A DNA stretch of 64,000 nucleotides. Origin: Haliotis cracherodii. Taxonomy: Eukaryota. A model generated the notes under the pieces. The model made no database searches. It worked only from the letters and a program-made list of their open reading frames with translations, and was not told where the DNA came from. Made by a program: the position numbers and the translations under genes. Of this stretch, positions 52,591 to 64,000 are shown in pieces; the stretch's first letter is position 1, and each line of letters starts with the position of its first letter. The DNA is taken from positions 1,364,001-1,428,000 of the forward strand of contig NW_027266319.1 in NCBI RefSeq assembly GCF_022045235.1. The letters are read 5' to 3'.

Positions 52591-52875
52591 ATCCTAATAC
52601 TTCCAATAAAAACTCAGTGAAAAACCTGATTACATAAGTGAAATATTTTTAATTACATTCAGTAAAGCTAGCACGTCTGGACCTGGTATCTTCCCAAGGC
52701 AAGGGAGTTGTCTATAAAAGTCAAGCAAAGTATTGCACGGAAAAGGAGGGTCATTCCTTTATTTCAGGAGACCATGTGGGCTCACTGGCACTATATACAC
52801 AGACAGCTGGCATTACCGACATTACAAAATGATTTGTTGAATAAACATGATTGAGTTCGGAGTGACGGCATGACA

Positions 52876-52933
52876 TCACGTGGCCTTGAATACCGCAACT
52901 GTCAGATTGTCACAGCTCTTGATGAGGACACTC
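52876..52933 (-). CDS. LAMTOR5: LAMTOR5 exon 4
   Basis: ttgcag|G; SVLIKSCDNLTVAVFKAT* (human NIMIQKHDGITVAVHKMAS); AATAAA on the - strand at 52758-52763. Confidence 0.9.
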
Positions 52934-52964
52934 CTGCAATGAAAGACACATACATATCAATACT

Positions 52965-53775
52965 AAACATCAAACATGTTCCTTAGTCAAACACACATCC
53001 CTTTCACTACGTGTCCTCAACATCAAACACGTCCCATACATCAAACACATGTCTTAACATCAAACAGGCGTCCCTGACATCAAACACGTCTTAACATCAA
53101 ACAGGCATCCCTGACATCAAACACATGTCTTAACATCAAACAGGCATCCCTGACATCAAACACATGTCTAAACATCAAACAGGCGTCCCATACATCAAAC
53201 ACATGTCTTAACATCAAACAGGCATCCCTAACATCAAACACATGTCTTAACATCAAACAGGCGTCCCTAACATCAAACACGTCTTAACATCAAACAGGCG
53301 TCCCATACATCAAACACATGTCTTAACATCAAACAGGCGTCCCTAACATCAAACACATGTCTTAACATCAAACAGGCGTCCCTAACATCAAACACGTCTT
53401 AACATCAAACAGGCGTCCCTAACATCAAACACGTCTTAACATCAAACAGGCGTCCCTACCATCAAACACATGTCTTAACATCAAACAGGCGTCCCATACA
53501 TCAAACACGTCTTAACATCAAACAGGCGTCCCTAACATCAAACACGTCTTAACATCAAACAGGCGTCCCTAACATCAAACACGTCTTAACATCAAACAGG
53601 CGTCCCTAACATCAAACACGTCTTAACATCAAACAAGCGTCCCTAACATCAAACACGTCTTAACATCAAACAGGCGTCCCTACCATCAAACACATGTCTT
53701 AACATCAAACAGGCGTCCCATACATCAAACACATGTCTTAACATCAAACAGGCGTCCCTACCATCAAACACATGA
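52965..53775. repeat. 37-39-bp tandem repeat (aacatcaaacacgtcttaacatcaaacaggcgtccct)
   Basis: Starts about 30 nt from the LAMTOR5 exon 4 acceptor. Confidence 0.95.
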
Positions 53776-54097
53776 CCCGTACATTCAACAACTAAGAAAA
53801 CTGACAAAGGAAAACGCTCACTAGAACCATACACAAGTTACATTTGATTTCAGAGATGGTGTGGTAGTGAACAACCTTAGTTCCAACATTGGTGAACCTT
53901 AGTTCAAACATCGGTGAAACTTAAACTGTTTCAATACTAGTTACTAGGCAATAAAACTGCTCTCCTATCTGCCTTTTTCTGTAAATCAAATTGTAATATC
54001 CCCGTGAAAACATGGACTGTCATGTAGAGTTTCGGCTTCAATCGGCATTTGTCAATGGAGATGGTGATGTCGTGCACTTTAATATAGCCAAGCTCAC

Positions 54098-54215
54098 CCT
54101 GCTTCAGACTCGATGCACACCACGGGACTGGCTGCGCTGGAAGGACCCAGGTCACCCGCCATGGCCGCCAGTGTAGCAATGGGCCCCGATGAATGCTTGG
54201 GTGCACTGCCCTTAG
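54098..54215 (-). CDS. LAMTOR5: LAMTOR5 exon 3
   Basis: AKGSAPKHSSGPIATLA...PVVCIESEAG (human PVVCLESDNG); 118 nt, GT-AG. Confidence 0.92.
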
Positions 54216-54260
54216 CTGGAACGCAAAACATGGGACTAGCTAAGAGAACCCAAAAGTTAT

Positions 54261-54501
54261 GTGAGTGAGTGAGTGAGTTAGGTTTAACGCCGCTTTTAAC
54301 AGTATTCCAGTTATATCATGGTCTCAGACGGTTACCACTTCGGTGAAACCCACGAGCAAAGGTATAAGGCTGACAAACCTAGAAACATAATCTGGACGAA
54401 CCGGGATTCTAACCCACAATCATAGGTTTCTGGCGTGCCCAAGGGATGCAACTCTGCAAGCAAATCGCGGCGCCTTAGATGACTGGGCCACCCTTGCCCC
54501 C
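54261..54501 (-). mobile_element. tRNA-derived SINE family C
   Basis: Matches the 8938-9225 consensus. Confidence 0.85.
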
Positions 54502-54796
54502 ACAATAGTTGTGTAGTTCACCTGACACAAACACTGAACATGACACACGCAGGGTTGGGTTTGTTTGTTTGTTGTTTAACGCTGCATTCAGCAATATTCC
54601 AGCTGTATGAAGGAGGTCTGTAAATAATCAAGTCTGGACCAGATAATCCAGTGATTAACATCATGAGCATCAGAGTTGTAGCGATTCACTATTACCTACA
54701 ATATCATTCCTGTGAGATCGCGAGACACTAAAAACAGAACAGGAACAAGGAAAATATACAACCTCATGGATAACAACTTCTGGTTGATTGCATATA

Positions 54797-55040
54797 CAAT
54801 AAACTACGTTTATAACGAACATGTTTATAACGAACCCGCTTATAACAAACTGACGGATATAACGAACATATTTTTTGGTCCCAACCATTTGCTGTTCATA
54901 CATGTATATATATGCTTATAACGAACTTTACACTGAACTAAAATCAGTGGTCCCTTCGAGTTCATTATAACCGTACTCGAACTTGAAGGGACCACTGATT
55001 TTAGTTCAGTATAAAGTTCGTTATAACCGTAGTTAACTGT
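54797..55040. mobile_element. Tc1/pogo-type MITE (ataacgaac repeats, TA TSD)
   Basis: caataaactacgtttataacga / tcgttataaccgtagttaactg inverted ends, inserted in a Penelope-derived palindrome. Confidence 0.6.
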
Positions 55041-55140
55041 AGCTATGTTCGAAGTATTTTTTGGATGTATTATCAAGCTGGAGTGACAACAGTCAAGTGA
55101 TATCAAATTTCTTCTCTGATCACTTGGTTGTTGTCACTCC

Positions 55141-55180
55141 AGCTTGATGATGGTGTAAGAATCTACATCGAAACATCGCT
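55141..55180 (+). ncRNA. Minimal hammerhead-like ribozyme
   Basis: AGC TTGATGA T GGTGTA agaatc TACATC GAAACATC GCT; stem I AGC/GCT, stem II covaries relative to the other copies. Confidence 0.55.
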
Positions 55181-55712
55181 ATATGCAATAAACCAGAAGT
55201 TGTCATCCATGAAGTACGTGTTCTTACTTACTAGAACTCCAATCAAACAGATAGAAGAGGAAGTGATGGAGTTACCTCTCGTAATGGCAGAAGTAGCAGA
55301 GCGCCACTTGTCAGAATGGCAAAACACAAGGATGAGGTGATAGAGGATGCACCCACTAACTATCACATTTAATAACCATCCCTTCATTTAAAACCGTTTT
55401 ATTCTAGTTTTTTCTTGATAACCAGTTGTTGTTTTTTAGATAATAATGAATAAATGTCTCTTGGATTTAGAGTTGTATTTCAGTCATTTCATCATTTCTT
55501 ACAATTTGATGTATTGTATCGTGATAAGCGTTGTATCGCAAAATCTACACATTTGGGATGCGATGACACGCATCAACCAAGTCAGCAAGCCTGACCACCC
55601 AAACCTGTTAATCGCATCTTACGACACGCATGGGTTGCTGAAGACCTAATCTGACCCGGATCTTCACGGGCCTGCTGCTTTGTGTAGTGCACATGTACTG
55701 ATGTCGACTCAC

Positions 55713-55774
55713 CGCCCAGACAAAGCCCGTGTCCATCTGTGCACAGCACTGCAGCCACACCAGGCAGCTTAAAC
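55713..55774 (-). CDS. LAMTOR5: LAMTOR5 exon 2
   Basis: FKLPGVAAVLCTDGHGLCLG (human [20 protein letters not shown]); 62 nt, GT-AG. Confidence 0.92.
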
Positions 55775-55794
55775 CTGGAAAAGAAATGACATTC

Positions 55795-56960
55795 TTTCTT
55801 CCTCCATGGTGAACTGCATTCATGGGTTTGGGGAATTCAGGTGGCTCATTAGAGTTCTGGGGTCATTGTTGGGATGTAGGATGACAAAGGTGTCATCAAC
55901 TTTGCAGAAACAGCAGAGGGGAGTTATTGGGGATGTTACAGCTCCCCTTCCTTGATGTACTCGTACAGAAAGATAATAATGACAAACTCCAGACCACTGT
56001 TTATCGGAAACCTACCCACACAGATCAATACATACACTATGCCTCCAAACATCCACCTCAAGTCAAGAAAGAAATTGTTTCAACCCTAGCAAGATGAGCT
56101 CACAAAATCTGTTCCACGAAGCAACATCTAACTACTGAACTAAGCCACCTCAAACAAGTATTTACACAGTATAACCACTATCCTGAGCAACTTGTACAAC
56201 AGACGATACTGAACATCACCAGGAAATCTCAGAAATCCCCACGTCAACAGTCTGCACCCTTTGTGATCATCCTCCCCTACTTTGGAACAGTTAGCCACAA
56301 AATCAAAAGACTCTTAAAGAAACAGGCTAACACTGATGTAGTTTTCAAGAGAAGTCACACCATTCAGAACACAATTAAAGCCACAGGGAAACCACCATCC
56401 AGCCACAAGCCAGAACCATCAGGAGCAGTGTACCACATTCTGTGCAATTGTGGACAAGCTTACATAGGAGAAACATCTAGGCCCCTCAAAACCCGAATAA
56501 AAGGACATCAAAGCTCAGTCTCCAAAGATGACTCTAAATCAGCTCTATCAGACCACATCCGTGACAACCCAAAACAGCATCCAGTGGAAGAGAGTCACAG
56601 CCCTCACCACCAACCTCAAAGACTTCAAAATCAGGAAACTAAAAGAAGCCATCAACATCAATCAACCGTGACCAATACCCCCGGCATACCATCAGCTCAT
56701 CAAGGACCCCAATCAGCCATAATCATGATAATCCTGTTGTTTATATCACTGGCTTCATCCATTGCTTATGTCACTGACTTCATCGATGATTGTCATCACT
56801 ACCCTTGTGTATACATAACAGGCTTCTCTACTCCAGTATAACAATATCTACTCTACTGTATAAACATTGTTTCCTACTTGTATAGATACTTGTCAACCAC
56901 ACTCTGTATATCACTTGCTTGATAACAGTGTTAGAACCTACAACGAAACGTCACTCTTAA
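55795..56960 (+). mobile_element. Penelope-like retroelement (RT thumb plus GIY-YIG) with an inverted 5' segment
   Basis: + strand QLPFLDVLV..TTVYRKPTHTDQY..SKHP and GAVYHILCNCGQAYIGETSR; - strand 55795-55945 KVDDTF..HLNS..QFTMEEE; the tail continues after the insertion at 58932-58965. Confidence 0.88.
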
Positions 56961-58931
56961 AGGGGCACTGATCTAACGCAATTCCCCGGACTGGTTGCTG
57001 CCTTTGTTATTGTTTTTTTCCCTGTGAGTACCCGGATGATACGCAACGCAACTGAGCGTGACCAGAGACTGGACTACCGTCTGCAAGGACAGCTAAATGA
57101 ACTTGGAGGCTGGAGGCAATATTTGTTTTACGCATTTTTGCATATACACTGATTGGTTAACTGTGATCTATAAAGATTTCGACAAAGGGCACATGTTAAT
57201 TAATTTCTTCAGCCTAAACAAAGAGACAAAAAGAACGGCGGAGCTCGTCGGATCTTGTCATTTGGAAATACCCCAAATGGTTATAGTTTAATACTAAAAA
57301 AAGTATTCATGCAGTGAAAGCATTTTTGGGTTTTGGATTGCGTCGATAATACGATTACTACTCCCTTGTTGTCATCTACGTTTTCTCGTCTAACCCTACA
57401 CTTGTGTATTTGTCGTCATTCACTTGATGCTCAGTTAATGAATTTATTACAGGTACAATTAGTGGTAACACCACTTAGATTACCTGACAAAGGTTCCCAT
57501 TTGGCATTTATTGTGTCTGGGGTAATTATTCAATCTAAATCCAGGTTTGAAGTGAGGTGAAATGTGTGTTATGTAATATGCACGTGGCAGCCAAGCAAGA
57601 GATGAATGATCAGTTGATTTACTTTTTTTTGTAAATCAAGGGATCGTTCCTGGTCATCAAAGGATTAACAGAAAATATGTTGATTGATTAATCACTGTTA
57701 TCTTGCACAGTGGATATGTCAAAAGTCAGTGTTTACATGTCTAGGTTTACTAAAACAAAGGGAATACACTAATATCAGAAGTGCCGATGTAAAAACAACA
57801 TACTTTGTTCAAAGGGTTAACTGATAATACGTTGATTGATTGATCATTGTTATCTATCACTCAATGGAACCGTGGACGTTATGAAAATAGTTGTCACGTG
57901 GGCTTTCTCACCCGACCCTTGAGACTTGACACCTATGTGAAACACCTGAAACAATCCAAGTGATCGGTTGAGAAACGAACACGGGTTATAATATCCCAAA
58001 ACGATATATCTTTTAAAATATTTGATTGTTACTGAGACACGTGACATCGAATTAGTTTCTTTGTACAGCTGCAGACGAGTGGGATATTGTTCCTTTGTGT
58101 GGATATTCACGGATACATTCCTCGAACAAGGAAGCTGCCTAAAATTTATACACATAAATTTGGTGGGTTGTAATTATGGTATTTGCATTTTGTTTTCCTT
58201 CATTTGAACGGATTCGTTCTTGTTTCTCTACGCCTTGGTTGGGAAATCCTTCAATGCATGATAGACGTTGTTTTCACCAGTCTTTTCCTTTGTAAGCGTG
58301 TATATATTACCGTCGATTTGTAAAATGTGATTCTCTCAGGCAATTTATAAAATGTGTAAATATTTCAGCCATTTTGACTAAGAAATCTGTCCAGATTGAT
58401 TAAGACATCAAAAGGGTCTACAAACATCACAACAGATTATTATGTAGGATTAGAAGCCAAACAACATAGAAATGTACTTTTCAACGAAATGTTTTTCAGT
58501 CACTTTGTAAAATATTTAGAAGTTTAATAAATATGTTACACATTTTGACAGTAAAAAAATATGCACACTATAAAAAAGCAATGCTTAGGTGAAATATTTA
58601 CTTCGTGTTGCAAGTAAAAATAGTGTAAATGAAAATCGCAAAATTACCAAGCAAGTGACTTATCAAAACTTCGTCACCATTACCGATGCTACCCCCAAAG
58701 ATACCTACATTTCCTTATTATCTCGAAAACTGTATTTCATTTTGATGATCAATGTGACCATACACCCTTATTACTACCGGTATCCATAAAAGTGACCAAT
58801 GCGCTTACGAAAGGCGCAGCAGAGGTCACGAACTAGTCTAGATTTCTGCTATACATCCGGGTACTCACTGGGAAAAAACAATAACAAAGGCAACAACCAG
58901 TCCCGGGGAATTGCGTTAGATCAGTGCCCCT
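56961..58931. mobile_element. Non-autonomous DNA transposon with long TIRs and TTAA TSD (Kolobok-like)
   Basis: TTAA|AGGGGCACTGATCTAACGCAATTCCCC...GGGGAATTGCGTTAGATCAGTGCCCCT|TTAA; TIRs longer than 80 bp. Confidence 0.85.
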
Positions 58932-60708
58932 TTAATTGTAAAAAAGAAGTTGTTTATCCACAAATTCTTATCTTTACTTATATCTCTCATGGTTTTTGAG
59001 TTCTGCTTCATGGTGGGGGATAATAAACTATAATTACTAAAGCCATTATCTGAATGTACAAAACATAATGAAACCTACATTTTTCCAACTTTGGTGAAAC
59101 CCAGGAGCAAAATTAACAATCAGTCATTCAGATTCTGGCACAACAGAGGGATGTGACTCTGCATATAACAAATGAGTGTTAGGACAGGCTCACTGTCTAC
59201 CTGGTGGATGAACACTACTGGTGTAAGGGAGATAACTCTCATTGCTGGAACACAAACACTACTCAAGCTCCTCACAGCAAGTCCATTTGCCGAGCTCTCT
59301 ATACAGTTACTGCCACCAGTCAAAGCTTCCCACTGTGACAGGTGACCACAACCATGGAGTTGAACTCACAACCGACTTACCGTTATGTTTACAAACAAGT
59401 GATGACAGCTGTGACGCCAAACACTCTTAACCCTGCTAAAATATTTTCTTACAATACCAATTACATGAGAGTGGAAATATAAATTCAAATGGACACACAA
59501 AGAAAATAATTTACCTGGGGTAAGAGTATTTTGCGTCATGACAAACCTCACGGTCAGTCAGTTGCAAGTTCAACTCCAGGCATGGTTGAGGCCACCTATT
59601 ACAGTGCATCTTCCTGAGTCAAGGGAGTTAACGGACTATTATAGTCCAGTTTCCACCCTTCCCGAACTGGGCTGGAATCATGGAGTTTTATTTTGGTTGG
59701 ACTAACGAGTCTATGCATAGTCCAATCAAACTCGCGTAACATAATGGACCTCCGGTTTGGGTCAACAGCTGTGCAAAGTTTGGTCGATTGCAGGATTTGT
59801 AAAGCATGTGTATCGCCAACTCGGCATCAACAGATATTTTCCAAATCCTTTCATGTTTCTAATCAAGCTGCTCACTTGATTTGATGCACTTAGCAAAGAA
59901 ACAAAGATAGACCCGTTTTATTACAATATAGATCTTGATTATCAATCTGATCATCTTCACTGGACGCCGACATTTTGTTTGAAGCAAATGCCAGTGATAT
60001 GAGAGGTGGAATCTCACTGGTCAATAGTAGGGACATAGAAGGGACATAACTTGTAATAGCCACTGGTGGGCCACGATCGAACCCAGAAATTCCAATCAAA
60101 CCGGACTTTTGCAGTCAGTAACATTCTTGCCTCAGGAAGCTGATCACAATGGGGTGACTTGACTGGTGGCAGGAACAGTATAAAGAGCTCCACGAATGGA
60201 CAATTGCTTTGACGAGCTTGATACAATAATGATGTAAGTGAACGTGAGTGAGTATGATTGGAAGTGCATGCGGCCCAATTTTAACTTGCAGCACAAACTC
60301 AGAAACATACAACTGTCAAACATGATAAAGATGTTTGGAAACTCGCACCACTTACTTCATATCCCTTGATATCACTTGCTGATCAATACTATCTTGAGCC
60401 AAAGACGTACATACGTCTTTGCTTGAGCTATCTTGTCACTCAAAAATCTAAATGTCAATCGACAAAGAATTATGATGACACAATCTATCGCCGCTGTCGG
60501 CCAAGGTATAACAAAACAACGTTCTGCTGATTAGGGCGAGTGGTCAGTAACTTAGTCACCTGTTGGCGTCCTGCGTGAACAGGGTGTTGCCGACCTACTA
60601 TCGCCGTAACAACAGTAACGTTAATCACAGATATATATAAAGCAGTTAATCGTGATGAGGAAACTTATTCGTGTCCTCGTCAATGTAATCTGTCTAAGTG
60701 AGTCTCAC

Positions 60709-60743
60709 GTTTCATCCATGTGTTTTTCTAGGCCTTTTTCCAT
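60709..60743 (-). CDS. LAMTOR5: LAMTOR5 exon 1 coding part
   Basis: MEKGLEKHMDET (human MEATLEQHLEDT); AC|gtgaga phase 2 matches exon 2; total 273 nt, 90 aa. Confidence 0.9.
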
Positions 60744-60777
60744 TTTACCCACTGGCTCTCGAACGTCGCGCAATACA

Positions 60778-60820
60778 CTTCCGTATTTTTACTTCCTCTG
60801 CGGAAATGACGTCAGCGGAG
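60778..60820. promoter_or_regulatory. LAMTOR5 promoter with ETS cores and a CRE (CGGAAATGACGTCA)
   Basis: CTTCCG and ACTTCC ETS cores plus palindromic TGACGTCA at 60807-60814, about 65 nt upstream of the ATG. Confidence 0.6.
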
Positions 60821-62564
60821 CTAAAGTTAGGATTTGACCGTTCAGGGGTGGGAGCGTCCTTTATCATAGATAACATTCTTCATGAGAAAAGACATAACTT
60901 AGCCAAATAGACATTTATATATATATTTCATTAAATGTTGGCAATATTTAATCATTAAACGTATTTAGATCCATAGTTTGCTGGATATGATGCATACAAA
61001 TATCTCATATCAACCTATCAATTAAAATGGCCTATTCTTTTGACCCCGCGCGACCCTGGGGCGCAAAGAAAAGGTCAAGGTCGTATGTGGAAAGAAATAT
61101 GTGAAACGTTGTTATTTGTAATGATCGACGTAAAAATGTGCGTATTGCCTACGGGAGGACACACAGAATGACCGTCCGTTAATAACTGACCGGCAACAAC
61201 CCCTGTTGTCTCCATGTTTGTGAAGGTGAGTTGCATCGAGTTGTATGGAACGCTGGTGATGCATGTAATTAAACACGACCATGACGGACTTCACTGATGT
61301 CGACTGACACACACTTAGATACGATTACATTTATTGCTTAAGTGTCAAAGCAAAGACTGTGTTTATATGTAATTGATCGGTAAAACGAATCGTAACTGTA
61401 TTGCCTGATCCACCACAGAAAATGTTTATTAAGGAAGTCGGTCACCCCAATAGTACAGGCAGACTGTTAAACTAAAATCACTAATTTTTACATTCAATTT
61501 CAAATCTGTTTTAAACAAAAATTGATTGAACTATTATTGATAAGAGTTCCTAACCTACATAGAAATGTCATATTGTGGAGAATCTTCTGACCGTGTGATA
61601 GTATGATATGTTCAGGGCCATTTTTGGTGCAATAATAGAATAGAAACATACAAACTAGATAGAGATTTGAGAATAAAATATGTAGTATGGAAAAATACAT
61701 CCTTATGCATTTCTCTTTGATCCTCAGTGTTAGTTGTGGAAAGTTTAGGATAGGTTTACTCTATCCTTAGCCATTGGATCTGTGAATAGCAGCAGACATT
61801 ATCTTTAGTGGCTCTGTAATTTGTGTTACTTGGACTGATTTTTCACAGGAGCACTCATTTTCTTGAGCTGCTGGTTGTGAGATTTAGCCTTACAGTTACA
61901 CAGCCAAGTCTGTCTGGCGGATGTTTTGCTGTTGTTATATACTGCTATGTATCATTGTATTGGTGTTGCAAGTTACAGTGTGTCTCTAAAGCCTGTTCGA
62001 GAAGATTAAGGTATAGAAACATATTGTATTGGACAGTACATATAGTGGAGTAACATGGTGGTTCAATAGCTTTACATCCTGTTAAGATGCGTGTTAGAAT
62101 AGGTCTCCAGCAACCCACGCTTGCTGTAAGAGGCGACTAATGGAATCGGGTGGTCAAGCCTGCTGACATGGTTGATGTATGTGTTTGTATCCCAATTGTA
62201 TGGACCGATGTTCATGACATCGGTCACTTGTTTGTCTGGTCCAAGATGAGTTGACACAAGTCGTACAGTCTGTGTAGAAATCATCAGGAAAAAGAACCTG
62301 AGCTGTTTTTTATGTGTATGCCATTAATTGCTGATAGATTTCTATCCCTTACTTGCTGTAGACTGGTGTCCATGCCAAATACTTCCACGTACAGTGGCTA
62401 CCTCACTGACAGTGACAGATTGAAGAGTTTGATTGCCCCTAGTGTAGTATTCACACTTATGACTTTCCTTTTTTCTGTAGAGAATCTATTTATTGACATG
62501 AGCAGGTGTAGATACAGATACTATAATATATCATGATTTAACTATTCCAAGTGCAATCATTTGA

Positions 62565-62820
62565 GACCCGTGAAGATCCTGGTAGAGAATAGATATTCAG
62601 CAGCCTTGAGAGGCGACTGTGCTTGTAGTAAGAGGTGACTAATGGGATCGGGTGGTCAGGCTCGCTGACTTGGTTGCTGCATGTCATAGTATCCATATTG
62701 CGAAGATAGATGCTCATGATGTCAATCATTGGATTGTCTGGTCAAGACCTGATTATTTACAGACCGCCGTGGTAAAGCTGGAATATTGCTGAATGCAGCG
62801 TTAAACAGCAAACAAACAAA
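62565..62820 (+). mobile_element. Full-length SINE-like family A copy with 12-bp target site duplication
   Basis: gcaatcatttga at 62553-62564 and 62821-62832. Confidence 0.85.
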
Positions 62821-63062
62821 GCAATCATTTGAATGAGGCAAAAGTTTTTTGCATTGGAGTAAGTGTTGCAACACTTTTGTGAGTCTAGTTTCAGGAGTAT
62901 GTTGGTTTCCTGATTGTGACAATGTGAAACTCAGGCTGTGCCATTCAATACTCGTTTCCTCCTGGTCATGTGACTCTGTGTGAGTCGGGGATCCAGTGCT
63001 GCTGCCGATGTCTGGTTCACCTAGTCAGTGCTCTGCAGCTTGAAGAGTAGCTAATAGGCTGA

Positions 63063-63330
63063 TGACTATTCCAAGTGCAATCATCTGAGGCCTGTGAAGA
63101 TCTGGGGTAGAACAGGTTTTCAGCAACCCATGTCATAAGAGGCGACTAATGGGATTGGGGGGTCAGGCTCGCTGACTTGGTTGATGTATGTCATCATATC
63201 CCATCGATGCTCATGATGTCAATCACTTAATTGTATGGTTCAGACTTGATTATTTACAGACCGCCGTCATAATGCTGGAATATTGCTGAGTGCGGCGTTA
63301 AACAACAAACAAACAAACAAACAAATAATG
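63063..63330 (+). mobile_element. SINE-like family A copy with 5' extension
   Basis: Flanked by ataggctga direct repeats at 63054-63062 and 63331-63339. Confidence 0.75.
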
Positions 63331-63754
63331 ATAGGCTGACACAATGTTTACTGATGTGACCACAATCACAAGACTAGATGAGACAAAGAAATAATAATTG
63401 TTAAAATTGTCTTTACTTGATGATCAGTCCACCAGAAGATACAGCACATTATTATTATTATACAGAAATTATACCAAATATTAAAGTAACTGTTAACTGT
63501 ATGTATAAATTGATCCAATGCATTGTCTATCTGTGTAGATGAATACTGGCCATGCTCTAGTGGAGAGTAATAGAAACCACTGCTTGTATCTACTACAGCT
63601 AATGATAGTCATGTCAAGTTCTGACTCTAACACTGCTCTATTGTGAAACACATGAAATGCTGGTTTTGAAAGACTTATTATTGTGATCTGTTCGAAATGT
63701 ACACTCAAGTGTCTGTTGTCTGTTGTCCTTTTCTGTCTGTTGTGCTGTCAGTGA

Positions 63755-63950
63755 GACCGCCTCCGTGGTCTAGTAGACAGTGTGTCGGACCAGAGAGTGG
63801 AAGGTTGGAGGTTGAATCCCCTGGCCATGTGATACCAAAAGAAGTTAAAAGATGGTACTTGTTGTTACCCTGCTTGATGCTGGGCATTAAAGGCCTAACA
63901 CAAGCACTGGTCGGCTTGGGAGTTTGTATACTGTGTCTGACTGCGGTGTG
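63755..63950 (+). mobile_element. tRNA-derived SINE with a Meta-like central domain
   Basis: A/B boxes then GTGATACCAAAAG..AAAAGATGGTACTTG..CCCTGCTTG..GCATTAAAGG, resembling the MetaSINE domain; second copy at about 5860-6225 (-). Confidence 0.65.
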
Positions 63951-64000
63951 AAATCAGTTAATACAATTACAATCGTAACCTGTCAATGGACATATATCAG

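Noticed and set aside
49712-52591. Long ORFs of 398-768 aa (SHTHQTDV repeats)
   Set aside because: Open in all three frames because the minisatellite has few stops; no splice or domain support.
56263-56841. Stand-alone GIY-YIG nuclease gene
   Set aside because: Frameshifted part of a decayed Penelope-like element with an upstream in-frame stop.

Overview
Eukaryotic (metazoan) genomic DNA, most likely a gastropod mollusc such as abalone; this is inferred from the SINE families and gene style, not proven. Five spliced or single-exon genes can be reconstructed with canonical GT-AG junctions and consistent phases: the last two exons of importin-9 (IPO9, +), a 9-exon TAF3 CDS (-, about 1228 aa, histone fold plus PHD finger), an intronless-CDS ARL6/BBS3 (+), a 6-exon secreted two-FAS1-domain protein (-, about 528 aa) with an unusual Cys/His/Asn-Gly-Thr glyco-repeat linker, and a 4-exon LAMTOR5 (-, 90 aa). 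The rest is SINEs (at least four families), MITEs, Tc1, CR1-like and Penelope-like fragments, and many tandem arrays. Main observations: (1) most intronic tandem arrays sit at splice sites, and several are amplifications of the splice site itself; (2) U3-A8 variant minimal hammerhead ribozymes occur in head-to-head pairs from Penelope-like elements; (3) an abundant SINE-like family has a pseudoknotted head instead of a tRNA head; (4) the FAS1 glyco-repeat protein. All coordinates were read by eye and may be off by a few bases.
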